Positions 18,904 through 28,087 of a DNA stretch of 50,897 bases are shown here, piece after piece. A model generated the notes under the pieces. That model had not been told where the DNA came from. It saw only the letters and a list, made by a program, of their open reading frames with translations, and made no database searches. This DNA comes from an uncultured Thermoplasmatales archaeon. Its GTDB lineage: Archaea; Thermoplasmatota; E2; DHVEG-1. The position numbers and the translations under genes are program-made. Positions within the stretch are counted from its first letter, which is position 1. Each line of letters starts with the position of its first letter. Location: NCBI GenBank assembly GCA_964628575.1, contig CAZVNH010000001.1, positions 5,791-56,687 on the forward strand. Reading direction: 5' to 3'.

Positions 18904-20094
18904 TTATTCCTGTACAATTTCTTTGTTTAATTTTTGAATAATTATATCCCACTTGAATTTTTCTTGAATTTTTTTTAATCCTGCATTCCCTAATTTTGTT
19001 CTTAAATGATTATCCTCTATCAACATAGATAATTTTTGAATTAATTCTTTTTGTGTAAAATTACTCCTAATCACAAAACCTGTATCATTATTATTAACTA
19101 TATCCTTTGAAATTGGAGTAGTTAAAAAACTCTTCTTACAAGCCATATATTCGATACATTTTGTAGGCATGCAGTATTGAACATATTTTGAACGAGAAAA
19201 TCTACCTATCCCAATATCAGAATTATTAATAAAGAACGGAATGGCATGATTTGGTTTTACACCAATAAAGTGACATTGATTTTGTATATTTTGCATTTTT
19301 ATATAATTTAAATAGTAATTAATATCAGGACCATGTCCAATTAAGATAAAATGAGTATCTTTATATGATTTTAAAACTTCTGGTAATGTATGTAAAAAGT
19401 TATGTAATCCATATTTTTTAATTATAGTTCCAATAAATATTATGATATTTTCACATCCATATTTCTGCTTTAGAGTATCTTGATTTTTATATGGGTAGAA
19501 CAGATTAGTGTCAACTCCATTATAATTAACCTTAATTTTTTTTTCTCTCAATTTTTTAAATTTTAATAAATGATTTTTCATCTCATTTGTAGTTACAAAA
19601 AAACATTTTGATCTATAGATAGATTTGTGAATTGGAGGATAAATTAAATAATTATAAAGTTGGTAGAATAGAGAATCTTCTTCTTGATCAACTATAAAAA
19701 GATCATGTGATCTAATTATATGAGGAATTTTCATAATCCTTGATAGATAACCTCCAATAACACTTGCATAATGATGAGGATGAAATTGTGAGAAAATTAT
19801 ATCCGGAATAAATATATTCTTTAATTTGATCAGAAATTTGAACATGTTTTCGAAATGTGAAAAAATAAAACTAAAAGGATATTTAAAAAAGGAACTTGAG
19901 TAATGAATATTATAATTATCAAAATCTTGTTTAAATTTACCATTTTTTAACTCAGAAGATCGAGTTAACTCTTTTGGTGATAAAATTAGTAGTTCATGGC
20001 CAAAATTACTTAAATATTCTACTATTTTTGATTCAATAACTGAAGCTGCTGATAATGATGGTGGAAAGTAATTTACAATATATAATATTTTCAT
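18904..20094 (-). CDS. Glycosyltransferase family 4, paralog of 881..2089
   Basis: 396 aa. By eye, roughly half of the aligned positions are identical to the 881..2089 product over the full length. Confidence 0.8.
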   Translation of the reverse strand: MKILYIVNYFPPSLSAASVIESKIVEYLSNFGHELLILSPKELTRSSELKNGKFKQDFDNYNIHYSSSFFKYPFSFIFSHFENMFKFLIKLKNIFIPDIIFSQFHPHHYASVIGGYLSRIMKIPHIIRSHDLFIVDQEEDSLFYQLYNYLIYPPIHKSIYRSKCFFVTTNEMKNHLLKFKKLREKKIKVNYNGVDTNLFYPYKNQDTLKQKYGCENIIIFIGTIIKKYGLHNFLHTLPEVLKSYKDTHFILIGHGPDINYYLNYIKMQNIQNQCHFIGVKPNHAIPFFINNSDIGIGRFSRSKYVQYCMPTKCIEYMACKKSFLTTPISKDIVNNNDTGFVIRSNFTQKELIQKLSMLIEDNHLRTKLGNAGLKKIQEKFKWDIIIQKLNKEIVQE

Positions 20095-20256
20095 TTTTTT
20101 AGTTTATATCTTTTATTTCTTATTATTGCTTTTTTTTTTATTAAAGTTTATTAGAAATTATCTTCTTTTAATTTATAATTCCCAAATGATTTTACTTATT
20201 GAAAAAGACACTATTTTTTGGTTTAAGTAATTATAAGAAAAAGAGTATGAAAAATA

Positions 20257-21042
20257 TTGAAGAAAAGAAAAATTCTTCACTTGTCATATTTCTATAAAAA
20301 CGTAGAAAATAAGGAAAATAAATATATATATAGTAAAATTCTGTATGATTCTAATTCTTTTTTCTTAGATTTCTATATGTATAGACATTTATATTATGCC
20401 ATAAATCTAATTAATCCTAGAAAATGCAAATATATTATAGATTTAGGATGCGCTGATGGACCACTTTTACCAAATGTAAATCAATATGGAAAATTTAATA
20501 TTGGTATTGATCTAAACTTAGATTATTTAGAGTATGCAAGGAATTTGATTAACTATCATGAATTTCCTTTATTAAAAACAGCATTAATTAATGCTGAAGG
20601 TAAAAAATTACCGATAAAAAATGAAAGTATAGACACTGTCATATGTCTTGAAGTTTTTGAACACGTGCCTAAGGTTTTAAACTTAATTAATGAAATTAAG
20701 CGAATTTTGAAATATGATGGTGAATTAATATACTCCTTGCCGATCGAAATTGGATTTTCCTTATTATTTAGAGATTTGATAGGTAGAATTTTAAGTTTTC
20801 CAAGAGATTCATATAATCTGAGAGAATTAATAAGGAATGGTATTTTGAAGAAACCGAATACTCAAAGAATTTATTATCCCCAAACGCGAATTTATAGTCA
20901 CAAAAATTTTGATTATAGAATTCTTCAGAATTATATTAAAAATAATTTTAAAATTCTAAAAAAAAATTTTTCTCCACTCCCCTTTCTGAAAACTTTAAAC
21001 CCACATTTAATATGTAAAGTACAAAAAAAAAGACCAAATTAA
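20257..21042 (+). CDS. Class I SAM-dependent methyltransferase
   Basis: 261 aa counted from TTG at 20257. Motif I is IIDLGCADGPLL. VICLEVFEHV follows downstream. Confidence 0.7.
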   Translation: MKKRKILHLSYFYKNVENKENKYIYSKILYDSNSFFLDFYMYRHLYYAINLINPRKCKYIIDLGCADGPLLPNVNQYGKFNIGIDLNLDYLEYARNLINYHEFPLLKTALINAEGKKLPIKNESIDTVICLEVFEHVPKVLNLINEIKRILKYDGELIYSLPIEIGFSLLFRDLIGRILSFPRDSYNLRELIRNGILKKPNTQRIYYPQTRIYSHKNFDYRILQNYIKNNFKILKKNFSPLPFLKTLNPHLICKVQKKRPN

Positions 21043-21130
21043 ATTTATTATTTACTTTCTTAATTATAATAGAATAAATTAATAATCCTCTTTTTAAAAA
21101 ATTATTATTAAAATTAGAGATATTCTTAAA

Positions 21131-22243
21131 ATGATTGGAAAAAATTCTTTAGAACAAAAAATCTGCATTATAATGGGAACTCGCCCTGAAATTATAAAGT
21201 TTGCCCCTCTAATCAGGGAATTTGAATGCGAAGGATTTGATTTTGATGTCATTTTTACTGGTCAACATTATGATTATCGATTATCAAAAGTATTTTTTAA
21301 AGACTTAAATTTAGAGAATCCCAATTACCATTTAAAAATTGGGAAAGGAAGCCAAGGAATGCAAACAGGTAAAATACTCATTAAGTTAGAAAAAATCTTA
21401 AATAATATCAAACCTAATATAGTATTAGTTCAAGGAGATACTAATTCTGCTTTAGCTGGGGCGCTTAATGCAGTAAAATTACAAATAAAACTTGGACATA
21501 TCGAAGCAGGACTTCGTTCTTATGATTATCGTATGCCAGAAGAGCATAATAGACGAATAATAGATCATATTTCAGATTTATTGTTTGCTCCTACGGATAA
21601 TTCTGTGGAAATTCTAAAAAGCGAGAATGTACGAGGAAAAATATACAATACTGGAAATACCGTAATTGATGCGTGTATTCAGCATTTAAAATTAGTTGAG
21701 GAAAAATCGAATATAATGTCAAATATTCCCTTTAATAATTTTATATTGGTAACCTCACACAGAGCAGAAAATGTTGATAATCCTAATATTTTAAAGAATT
21801 TAACAGATTTGTTTCTAGATATACCTAAAAAAATTGTATTTCCATTACATCCTCGTACAAGGAAAAGACTAAAGCAGTATGGGCTATATGAAAAATTAAT
21901 AAATGCTAAGCATATTCTCATTTTACCCCCCCTAGGTTATTTTGATTTGTTGAAATTAATGCAGAAATGTGATTTTATTATCACTGACTCAGGCGGAATT
22001 CAGGAAGAAGCCACAGCTCCAGGGATAAATAAATTTACCTTTGTGATAAGAAAAACTACTGATAGACCTGAATCATGTGAAGTTGGATTTAGTAAATTAG
22101 TAGGTACAACTAAAAATGATATTTTAAATTCTATTAAAGTTTTTCTTAAAAATAGAACAGACGTACCAAATAAATCTCCTTATGGTGATGGCCATACTAG
22201 TAAAAAAATATCTTCAATAATTCTAAAAGAATTAAAAAATTAA
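21131..22243 (+). CDS. wecB: UDP-N-acetylglucosamine 2-epimerase (non-hydrolysing)
   Basis: 370 aa. Family blocks present are IMGTRPEIIKFAPL, VQGDTNSALAGALNA, HIEAGLRS, PEEHNRR and DSGGIQEEA. Confidence 0.9.
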   Translation: MIGKNSLEQKICIIMGTRPEIIKFAPLIREFECEGFDFDVIFTGQHYDYRLSKVFFKDLNLENPNYHLKIGKGSQGMQTGKILIKLEKILNNIKPNIVLVQGDTNSALAGALNAVKLQIKLGHIEAGLRSYDYRMPEEHNRRIIDHISDLLFAPTDNSVEILKSENVRGKIYNTGNTVIDACIQHLKLVEEKSNIMSNIPFNNFILVTSHRAENVDNPNILKNLTDLFLDIPKKIVFPLHPRTRKRLKQYGLYEKLINAKHILILPPLGYFDLLKLMQKCDFIITDSGGIQEEATAPGINKFTFVIRKTTDRPESCEVGFSKLVGTTKNDILNSIKVFLKNRTDVPNKSPYGDGHTSKKISSIILKELKN

Positions 22244-22279
22244 TGTAAAATGATTTTATTAAAATAAATATTGATTTAA

Positions 22280-23314
22280 ATGCGAATCCTGATGCTTGTA
22301 CCCTCATTTTTCCCTCATATTGGAGGTGTAGAAAAACATACATTAGAGATATCTAGAAACTTAATAATACAAGGTCATGATATTGTAATTTTTACCTTAA
22401 AATTTGATGAAAAATTAGCTAATTTTGAAAAATTTAATAAGATATCAATTATCAGGCTCCTCAAAAAGAACTATTTCAAAATTTGGAGTCAACTTTTAAA
22501 ATATAGAAGTTGGATTAAAAATTTTGATATAATTCATTGTCATGATTTTCCTACCTTTTATTGGTTTATCCCACTTTTAATATATAATTCTAATCTTTAT
22601 ATCACATTTCATGGATTTGAGAAATATCCGATCCCAAAAATCTATATTTTTCTTAGAAAAATAGCTGAAATTGTTGCAAAAGGAAATATCTGTGTTGGAA
22701 AGTTTATTACCAAATATTATAAAACAAAACCAACTTTTATTACTTATGGAGGCATGAATATACCTAAAAAGTATGAATTATTTTTACCAATTAATATAAC
22801 TCAAAAATCTGCTTTATTTATTGGACGTTTAGAAACCGATACGGGGATATTAGAATATATAAAGGCTATTAAAATTCTAAAATATGATTATAATGTTGAA
22901 ATCACTCTTGAAATCTGTGGTGATGGCAAATTAAGGAATATAATTGAAAAATTCTCCAAGAAATATGATCTAAAAATAAAAATCAATGGTTTTATAAATG
23001 AGATCAACGATTTTTATAATAAGAGCGAAATAATATTGTGCTCAGGTTATTTAAGCATATTAGAGGCTCTTAGTAAAAAAAAATTAGTAATTAGTATTTA
23101 CCAAAACCAATTAAAAAAAGATTATTTAATGTTATCCCCGTTTAAAAAATTTATTCTGATAGCAAAAACTCCAGATGAGATTGCATCGTATATTGTTAAA
23201 TTCCCTGAAATGAACGAGGATATAAATAATAAAATTAATAACGGATATAATTTTTCCTTAAATAATGATTGGGTTAATCTTGTACAACTTTATATGAAGT
23301 TATGGAAGAAATAA
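22280..23314 (+). CDS. Glycosyltransferase, GT4-like
   Basis: 344 aa. The N-terminus MRILMLVPSFFPHIGGVEKH is typical of GT4. The C-terminal donor-binding region is degenerate and has no clean EX7E. Confidence 0.6.
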   Translation: MRILMLVPSFFPHIGGVEKHTLEISRNLIIQGHDIVIFTLKFDEKLANFEKFNKISIIRLLKKNYFKIWSQLLKYRSWIKNFDIIHCHDFPTFYWFIPLLIYNSNLYITFHGFEKYPIPKIYIFLRKIAEIVAKGNICVGKFITKYYKTKPTFITYGGMNIPKKYELFLPINITQKSALFIGRLETDTGILEYIKAIKILKYDYNVEITLEICGDGKLRNIIEKFSKKYDLKIKINGFINEINDFYNKSEIILCSGYLSILEALSKKKLVISIYQNQLKKDYLMLSPFKKFILIAKTPDEIASYIVKFPEMNEDINNKINNGYNFSLNNDWVNLVQLYMKLWKK

Positions 23315-23328
23315 TTAAACTATAAAAT

Positions 23329-25404
23329 TCAAATTATTTTTTTTGCGAAAGTCCAATTCCCTTGATTTTTGTATATTATCTCAAATTCTGTTAACAATTC
23401 ATTATTAAAATCATTATTAAAACTATTTATATTAAAAAATAAATATTCAATATTAGTGTCTTTATAAAAACTCCTGAAACCTTTATAATCTGAGAATATA
23501 TAAAAGTTTATAATGATTTTATTTAGTTTTGGATAGTTTAATAAATCATAATTAGTGTACCATAAATAATATTTGTAATTTACTTTTTCTATAAGAATAA
23601 TTGTATCACTTAAAGGTGGGTTTTCATTAAAATGATTACAAGTAAACAGAATAGCATCAGTATGGCTATCTTGAAAATATTGAAAATATTGAACTCTTTT
23701 AAAGTTATTAAAATATAAAAATAGACTAGTACTAACTATTAAAGAAATTGAGATAATTCTTGTTATTTTCTTAGAGATCTTTTTTCTTATCTGAAAATTT
23801 ATCTTAATAATCTTTAATTTTTTAACTGTTTTTCTAAAAAATCTTAGTAGGAATATAAATGTAAGAGAAAAAATTAAAGCCCATAAACCCGCAAATAACT
23901 CAAAAAATCTTTTAAAAAATCTGGAGAAAAAGTTTATTCCAGTTGATAATATTGTTGAACAAAAAAATATATCAATAATATATAAAATTACATAACATAA
24001 AAAAGTTAGGAAGAATGTGAACTTTATAAAATTTGCTAGATTTATTTGTTTCTGCTTGAGATTATAATGTTTTTTGAAAGGTATATATAAACCTAAGACA
24101 ACTACTAAGATACTAATCCCCAAGGTTTCATCAGTAAATCTTGTAAAAATACTTAAAATACCCTTTTCAAAATTCGGAGAAGATATTTGGATAAAATTAC
24201 TATAAAACATCCTATTAATAAATAAATCATAAAAACCTTTAACAATGTCAACAGTCATAATTAAATTATCTAAAAGAAAATTTGGTATTTTTAATACAAT
24301 AAAAGCGCTATAATATTCAAAAATATTAAATTTCAGTCTAAAAGAAGTTATCAATATAAATGGATATACAAACAATATGATTATTAGAAATAAATAAAAC
24401 TCCTCAAGGTAAAATTTTTTCCAATTTGGAATTTTTTTGATTCTCATTTTATTTGCTTTAATTTCTATTTTAAATGATGATAAAAGTTCATATAAAAAGA
24501 AAAAAAATAAAATATACAACCCATAAAGCTGATGACATAATAAAAGCCCTCCTATTATAATACCCCTAATTTCTACTTTTTTTATTGATTTTTTTAACTC
24601 AAATGAACAAAGAAATAAATAAACTAATGTCGTTGCTAATGTTGATGGAACTAATAGGGTATATCTATAAGCTGAATAATTAAAACTTAAATAAATTACC
24701 AAAGTCATGAATATATTTATGTTTTTTTTGAAAAATGATTTTGAAATGCAATGAAGTGAAATTAAATTAATACTCATTAATATTAATGGAAAATATTTAC
24801 AAAAATAATAGAATAAATAATAATCATCGACGAATGATACAATTGTGCAGCAGAAATAAACATAACCGTTAGGAAAAGTATCGTAAGAATTATAATCAAG
24901 AAAACCATTTTCATGTAAATACCAGATTTCTTTTGACCAAATGTAAGGATCATTACTAGCTAATGACAAGGATCTTGAAATGAAATAATTCTGCAGTATA
25001 AACATCATTATAATTGAGATTATTAAAGGCCAATAATCTAGAAAAAACTTTTTTAAATTAGTTTTTAAATGATCTTTACTCATCGAAAGAGTGAAATTCT
25101 TTTTCTTTAAAATATAAATTACAAAAGTAAAATCTATTATTATAAACGGCAAATATATTGAAATGAAGTTAAATGGTAAAAAATAATTTAATATTATTGA
25201 AAAGAAAATGTGAACACTTATCCCAACTGCTAAATAAATCAATATATTAGACAATTTTGTTTGATTATAAGTTCTTTTCTTGTCTAGAAGAAAAAATATA
25301 ATGTAACCAAAAATTGTAAAAATAATAAGATAAAAAACCGAAAGTAAAATTATTATTAAGAGATACATATTAGGGTAATTACTTATTTTTAAAAAAAAAT
25401 TCAC
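23329..25404 (-). CDS. Large polytopic membrane protein, GT-C-like glycosyltransferase or polymerase candidate
   Basis: 691 aa. Layout is about 4 N-terminal TM helices, a basic linker, one TM helix, then the loop LASNDPYIW, many further TM helices and a C-terminal soluble domain of about 130 aa. The proteins at 31125 and 48662 have the same layout. Confidence 0.5.
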   Translation of the reverse strand: MNFFLKISNYPNMYLLIIILLSVFYLIIFTIFGYIIFFLLDKKRTYNQTKLSNILIYLAVGISVHIFFSIILNYFLPFNFISIYLPFIIIDFTFVIYILKKKNFTLSMSKDHLKTNLKKFFLDYWPLIISIIMMFILQNYFISRSLSLASNDPYIWSKEIWYLHENGFLDYNSYDTFPNGYVYFCCTIVSFVDDYYLFYYFCKYFPLILMSINLISLHCISKSFFKKNINIFMTLVIYLSFNYSAYRYTLLVPSTLATTLVYLFLCSFELKKSIKKVEIRGIIIGGLLLCHQLYGLYILFFFFLYELLSSFKIEIKANKMRIKKIPNWKKFYLEEFYLFLIIILFVYPFILITSFRLKFNIFEYYSAFIVLKIPNFLLDNLIMTVDIVKGFYDLFINRMFYSNFIQISSPNFEKGILSIFTRFTDETLGISILVVVLGLYIPFKKHYNLKQKQINLANFIKFTFFLTFLCYVILYIIDIFFCSTILSTGINFFSRFFKRFFELFAGLWALIFSLTFIFLLRFFRKTVKKLKIIKINFQIRKKISKKITRIISISLIVSTSLFLYFNNFKRVQYFQYFQDSHTDAILFTCNHFNENPPLSDTIILIEKVNYKYYLWYTNYDLLNYPKLNKIIINFYIFSDYKGFRSFYKDTNIEYLFFNINSFNNDFNNELLTEFEIIYKNQGNWTFAKKII

Positions 25405-25626
25405 TTTTTAAGATTATTGTTTATTACTATTTAGACATTACTATTGTAAGAAATACTAATCAAAAAAAGGCTTTTTTAAAAAATTTTAATTCAATTTTAA
25501 TAATAAGGAATTAATGTAAATTTCCTTTCAAAAGACAGAATATTTACATAGTTTGTCATTAAATGATTTTTTAAGTAATAATAAACTATAATTGTATATT
25601 TTTTCAAATTATTCTAATGTTCTCTA

Positions 25627-26637
25627 ATGGCAAAATTTTTTTATAATCTACATGGACTATTAAAAATAAGATCAGATATTAACCTTAATTTCAATTATTT
25701 TAGGCATGAAAAGCTAAATTATAATTTAGATATAAGATTAGTGAAAGATTTTAACGTTAATAAAAAAAATCTTAAAAAACTTGGATTATTTTATTATGGC
25801 CTTGAAAATAATGATAGCATTTATTTTGAGAGTAGATTCTCTGGATTTAGACCTAGAGTTTTTTTAAAGAACCTATCAGGGAAAACTACCTTATTAATTA
25901 ATAAAGCATTTTATCTTACTAGGCTTCCTATTAATTTTCATAACTTCATTAAAATTATCTTGCAAATGAAATTATCAATAATGGGCTATAGTTTATTACA
26001 TTCTGCTTGTTTGGAATATAATGGTGAAGGAATTTTGATTTCAGCTCTTGCTGATACCGGAAAATCGACAACAGTACTTAACTGTTTAAGAAAGAAGTCT
26101 TTTTCTTATTTATCAGATGATTTAATAATTATAGATAAAGAGAGAATAGCTTATTGTATGCCACGTCTGATAAATTTTAGAACACTAAAAAAAACAGGAT
26201 ATTTTGATAACAAAAGTATAAAAAAAAAGTTTTCTTTTGGTAAATTCAAAACTCTACTTTCAGAAATCCCATATCTCTCGGCATATTTTGGTCCAATTGA
26301 TACATTGGATATACATAAGGCATTAGATCTACCTATTAAGCAAGAAACGAAAATTTCAAAAATTTTCATTATTGAAAATGGTGAAGAAACGTGCAATAAA
26401 ATTGAAAAATCTTTAGCATTTCATAAAATCAAAACAATAAATAAGGAAGAACTCGGTACATTGCCTGTTTTATTATATATGTATACTTATTTAAATTCAC
26501 ATACTGATCTTAACAAGATCAAAAATCGAGATGATTATTTAATAGAGAAAATTGTTGAATCCTCTGATTGTTATGCAATAAGTTGTAAAAACCCTAACAA
26601 GTATTCCGAGTTTATTTTTAAAATTTTAGAGAAATAA
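25627..26637 (+). CDS. HPr-kinase-like P-loop protein (HprK C-terminal domain-like)
   Basis: 336 aa. LHSACLEYNGEGILISALADTGKSTTVLNCLRKKSFSYLSDDLIIID matches the HprK-like pattern H.s.v...g.gvLi.G.sG.GKS....L...G..l.sDD. Confidence 0.45.
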   Translation: MAKFFYNLHGLLKIRSDINLNFNYFRHEKLNYNLDIRLVKDFNVNKKNLKKLGLFYYGLENNDSIYFESRFSGFRPRVFLKNLSGKTTLLINKAFYLTRLPINFHNFIKIILQMKLSIMGYSLLHSACLEYNGEGILISALADTGKSTTVLNCLRKKSFSYLSDDLIIIDKERIAYCMPRLINFRTLKKTGYFDNKSIKKKFSFGKFKTLLSEIPYLSAYFGPIDTLDIHKALDLPIKQETKISKIFIIENGEETCNKIEKSLAFHKIKTINKEELGTLPVLLYMYTYLNSHTDLNKIKNRDDYLIEKIVESSDCYAISCKNPNKYSEFIFKILEK

Positions 26638-26721
26638 CAAAAAAAAAATTTAACATATAAAAATTCTTCTAAAAATTCAATATACCGTAAATTTTAAGCA
26701 ATATTTAGATTTTAAATTCTT

Positions 26722-28017
26722 ATGAAATTTATTAAATCTTTTAAATATAAAATTTCCAAAGATTTTGCATATACACTTCTGGGTAATATTTTTTATGCGG
26801 GTATAAATTTCATAAGTCTTGCATTAATTGCACGTTTTTTAGGACCATATCAATTTGGAGATTTTTCATTGCTATATGCTATATTATCGATGATTGTAAT
26901 TATTATTGATTTTGGGATGGGAGTTAGTGTAGTAAAATTCTCATCAGAATTTTATTCTCAAAAAAAATTTGAGGAGTTTAGAGGATTGTTCAGTATATCA
27001 TTTAAAATAAAATTATATATCTCTATACTTGTATTTATAATCGGAATAGTCTCTTCACAATTGATCTCCACTGTTATATTAAATAATGCTAATTTAACAA
27101 TTCCCTTAATATTAGTATTTATTGGAGGAATAGGCCTTTCCTTATTTGATTTCATGAAATTATATTTTCAATCAAAACAAGAATTTGGAAAATATTCACT
27201 TTATCTTATAATATCCGCATCATTGCAATTTATTTTAATTATATTAATAAGTAACTTTTTTTTCTTGAATTTACTCAATTCAATTTTTATTTTTTGCTTA
27301 ATTCCTTTTATACTATTTTTTGTGATGCTTGTATTAATTGATAAAAGTATTATTTTTTCAAATGTTAAAGCGCAGAATTACAAAAAGATTTTAAATTTCA
27401 ATATTTACATTATTATTTCAAGTCTTTGTGCAATGCTATATAATCGTATTGATTTATTCTTTTTAAATAGCCTCTTAAGTAATAATTCTGTTGGATTATA
27501 TTCAGCAGCTTATCAAACGGCGATTATGATAACATTATTAACTAATAGTATATCCTTTATTCTTTTACCTAAAATTTCCAGTTTACTTAAACCAAAAGAA
27601 ATTAGAGACGCTTATAAAAATATTCTCAAATATTTTTCACTGGTCTATTTAATTATAATTCCTATCGCTTTTATTACTCCTTTCTTAATGATTTTTCTGT
27701 ATGGTATAGAATATTCTCAATCTATTTCAATTTTTCAGATTTTAATATTCTCAATAGGGTTGTCTATTATAATTAATCCACTCTCTATTTTAATATACAA
27801 AGTAAATAAACCCTATATCATTACGATTACGCTTTTATGTGAAATAATCTTTATTATATTATTCGAACCTTTATTTATTCATCTTTTTTATGAATATGGA
27901 GTTGTATATATTAATATTATAACTCATGTCATAGCACTAACCGTCAATATTGCATATCTCTACTATAGACTATATATAAATGATTCGGACCTTGAAGAAT
28001 CATTAAAATTAATTTAA
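26722..28017 (+). CDS. Wzx/PST-family oligosaccharide flippase
   Basis: 431 aa with about 12 TM helices. The N-terminal segment KDFAYTLLGNIFYAGINFISLALIARFLGPYQFGDFSL resembles polysaccharide-biosynthesis (MOP/PST) proteins. Confidence 0.7.
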   Translation: MKFIKSFKYKISKDFAYTLLGNIFYAGINFISLALIARFLGPYQFGDFSLLYAILSMIVIIIDFGMGVSVVKFSSEFYSQKKFEEFRGLFSISFKIKLYISILVFIIGIVSSQLISTVILNNANLTIPLILVFIGGIGLSLFDFMKLYFQSKQEFGKYSLYLIISASLQFILIILISNFFFLNLLNSIFIFCLIPFILFFVMLVLIDKSIIFSNVKAQNYKKILNFNIYIIISSLCAMLYNRIDLFFLNSLLSNNSVGLYSAAYQTAIMITLLTNSISFILLPKISSLLKPKEIRDAYKNILKYFSLVYLIIIPIAFITPFLMIFLYGIEYSQSISIFQILIFSIGLSIIINPLSILIYKVNKPYIITITLLCEIIFIILFEPLFIHLFYEYGVVYINIITHVIALTVNIAYLYYRLYINDSDLEESLKLI

Positions 28018-28087
28018 AGTTTTTACATATTAAATAGAAATCAATTTTTATATGAAAATAATATTAGAAGATCTTATCTTTTTTGAT

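Noticed and set aside
21679-21921. 80-aa minus-strand ORF
   Set aside because: It is antisense within wecB.
25462-25484. AAAAAGGCTTTTT motif, also present in reverse complement at about 29525..29540 upstream of another minus-strand gene
   Set aside because: There are only two copies. They have inconsistent orientation relative to their genes and the sequence is essentially homopolymer runs around GGC. That is too weak to call a regulatory site.
25514-25549. 8-nt inverted repeat ATGTAAAT-N20-ATTTACAT in the divergent promoter region
   Set aside because: The repeat is pure A/T-rich with a long spacer, so it is plausible by chance in this composition. I saw no second copy elsewhere.
26151-26396. 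81-aa minus-strand ORF
   Set aside because: It is antisense within the HprK-like gene 25627..26637.
26958-27155. 65-aa minus-strand ORF
   Set aside because: It is antisense within the flippase gene 26722..28017.
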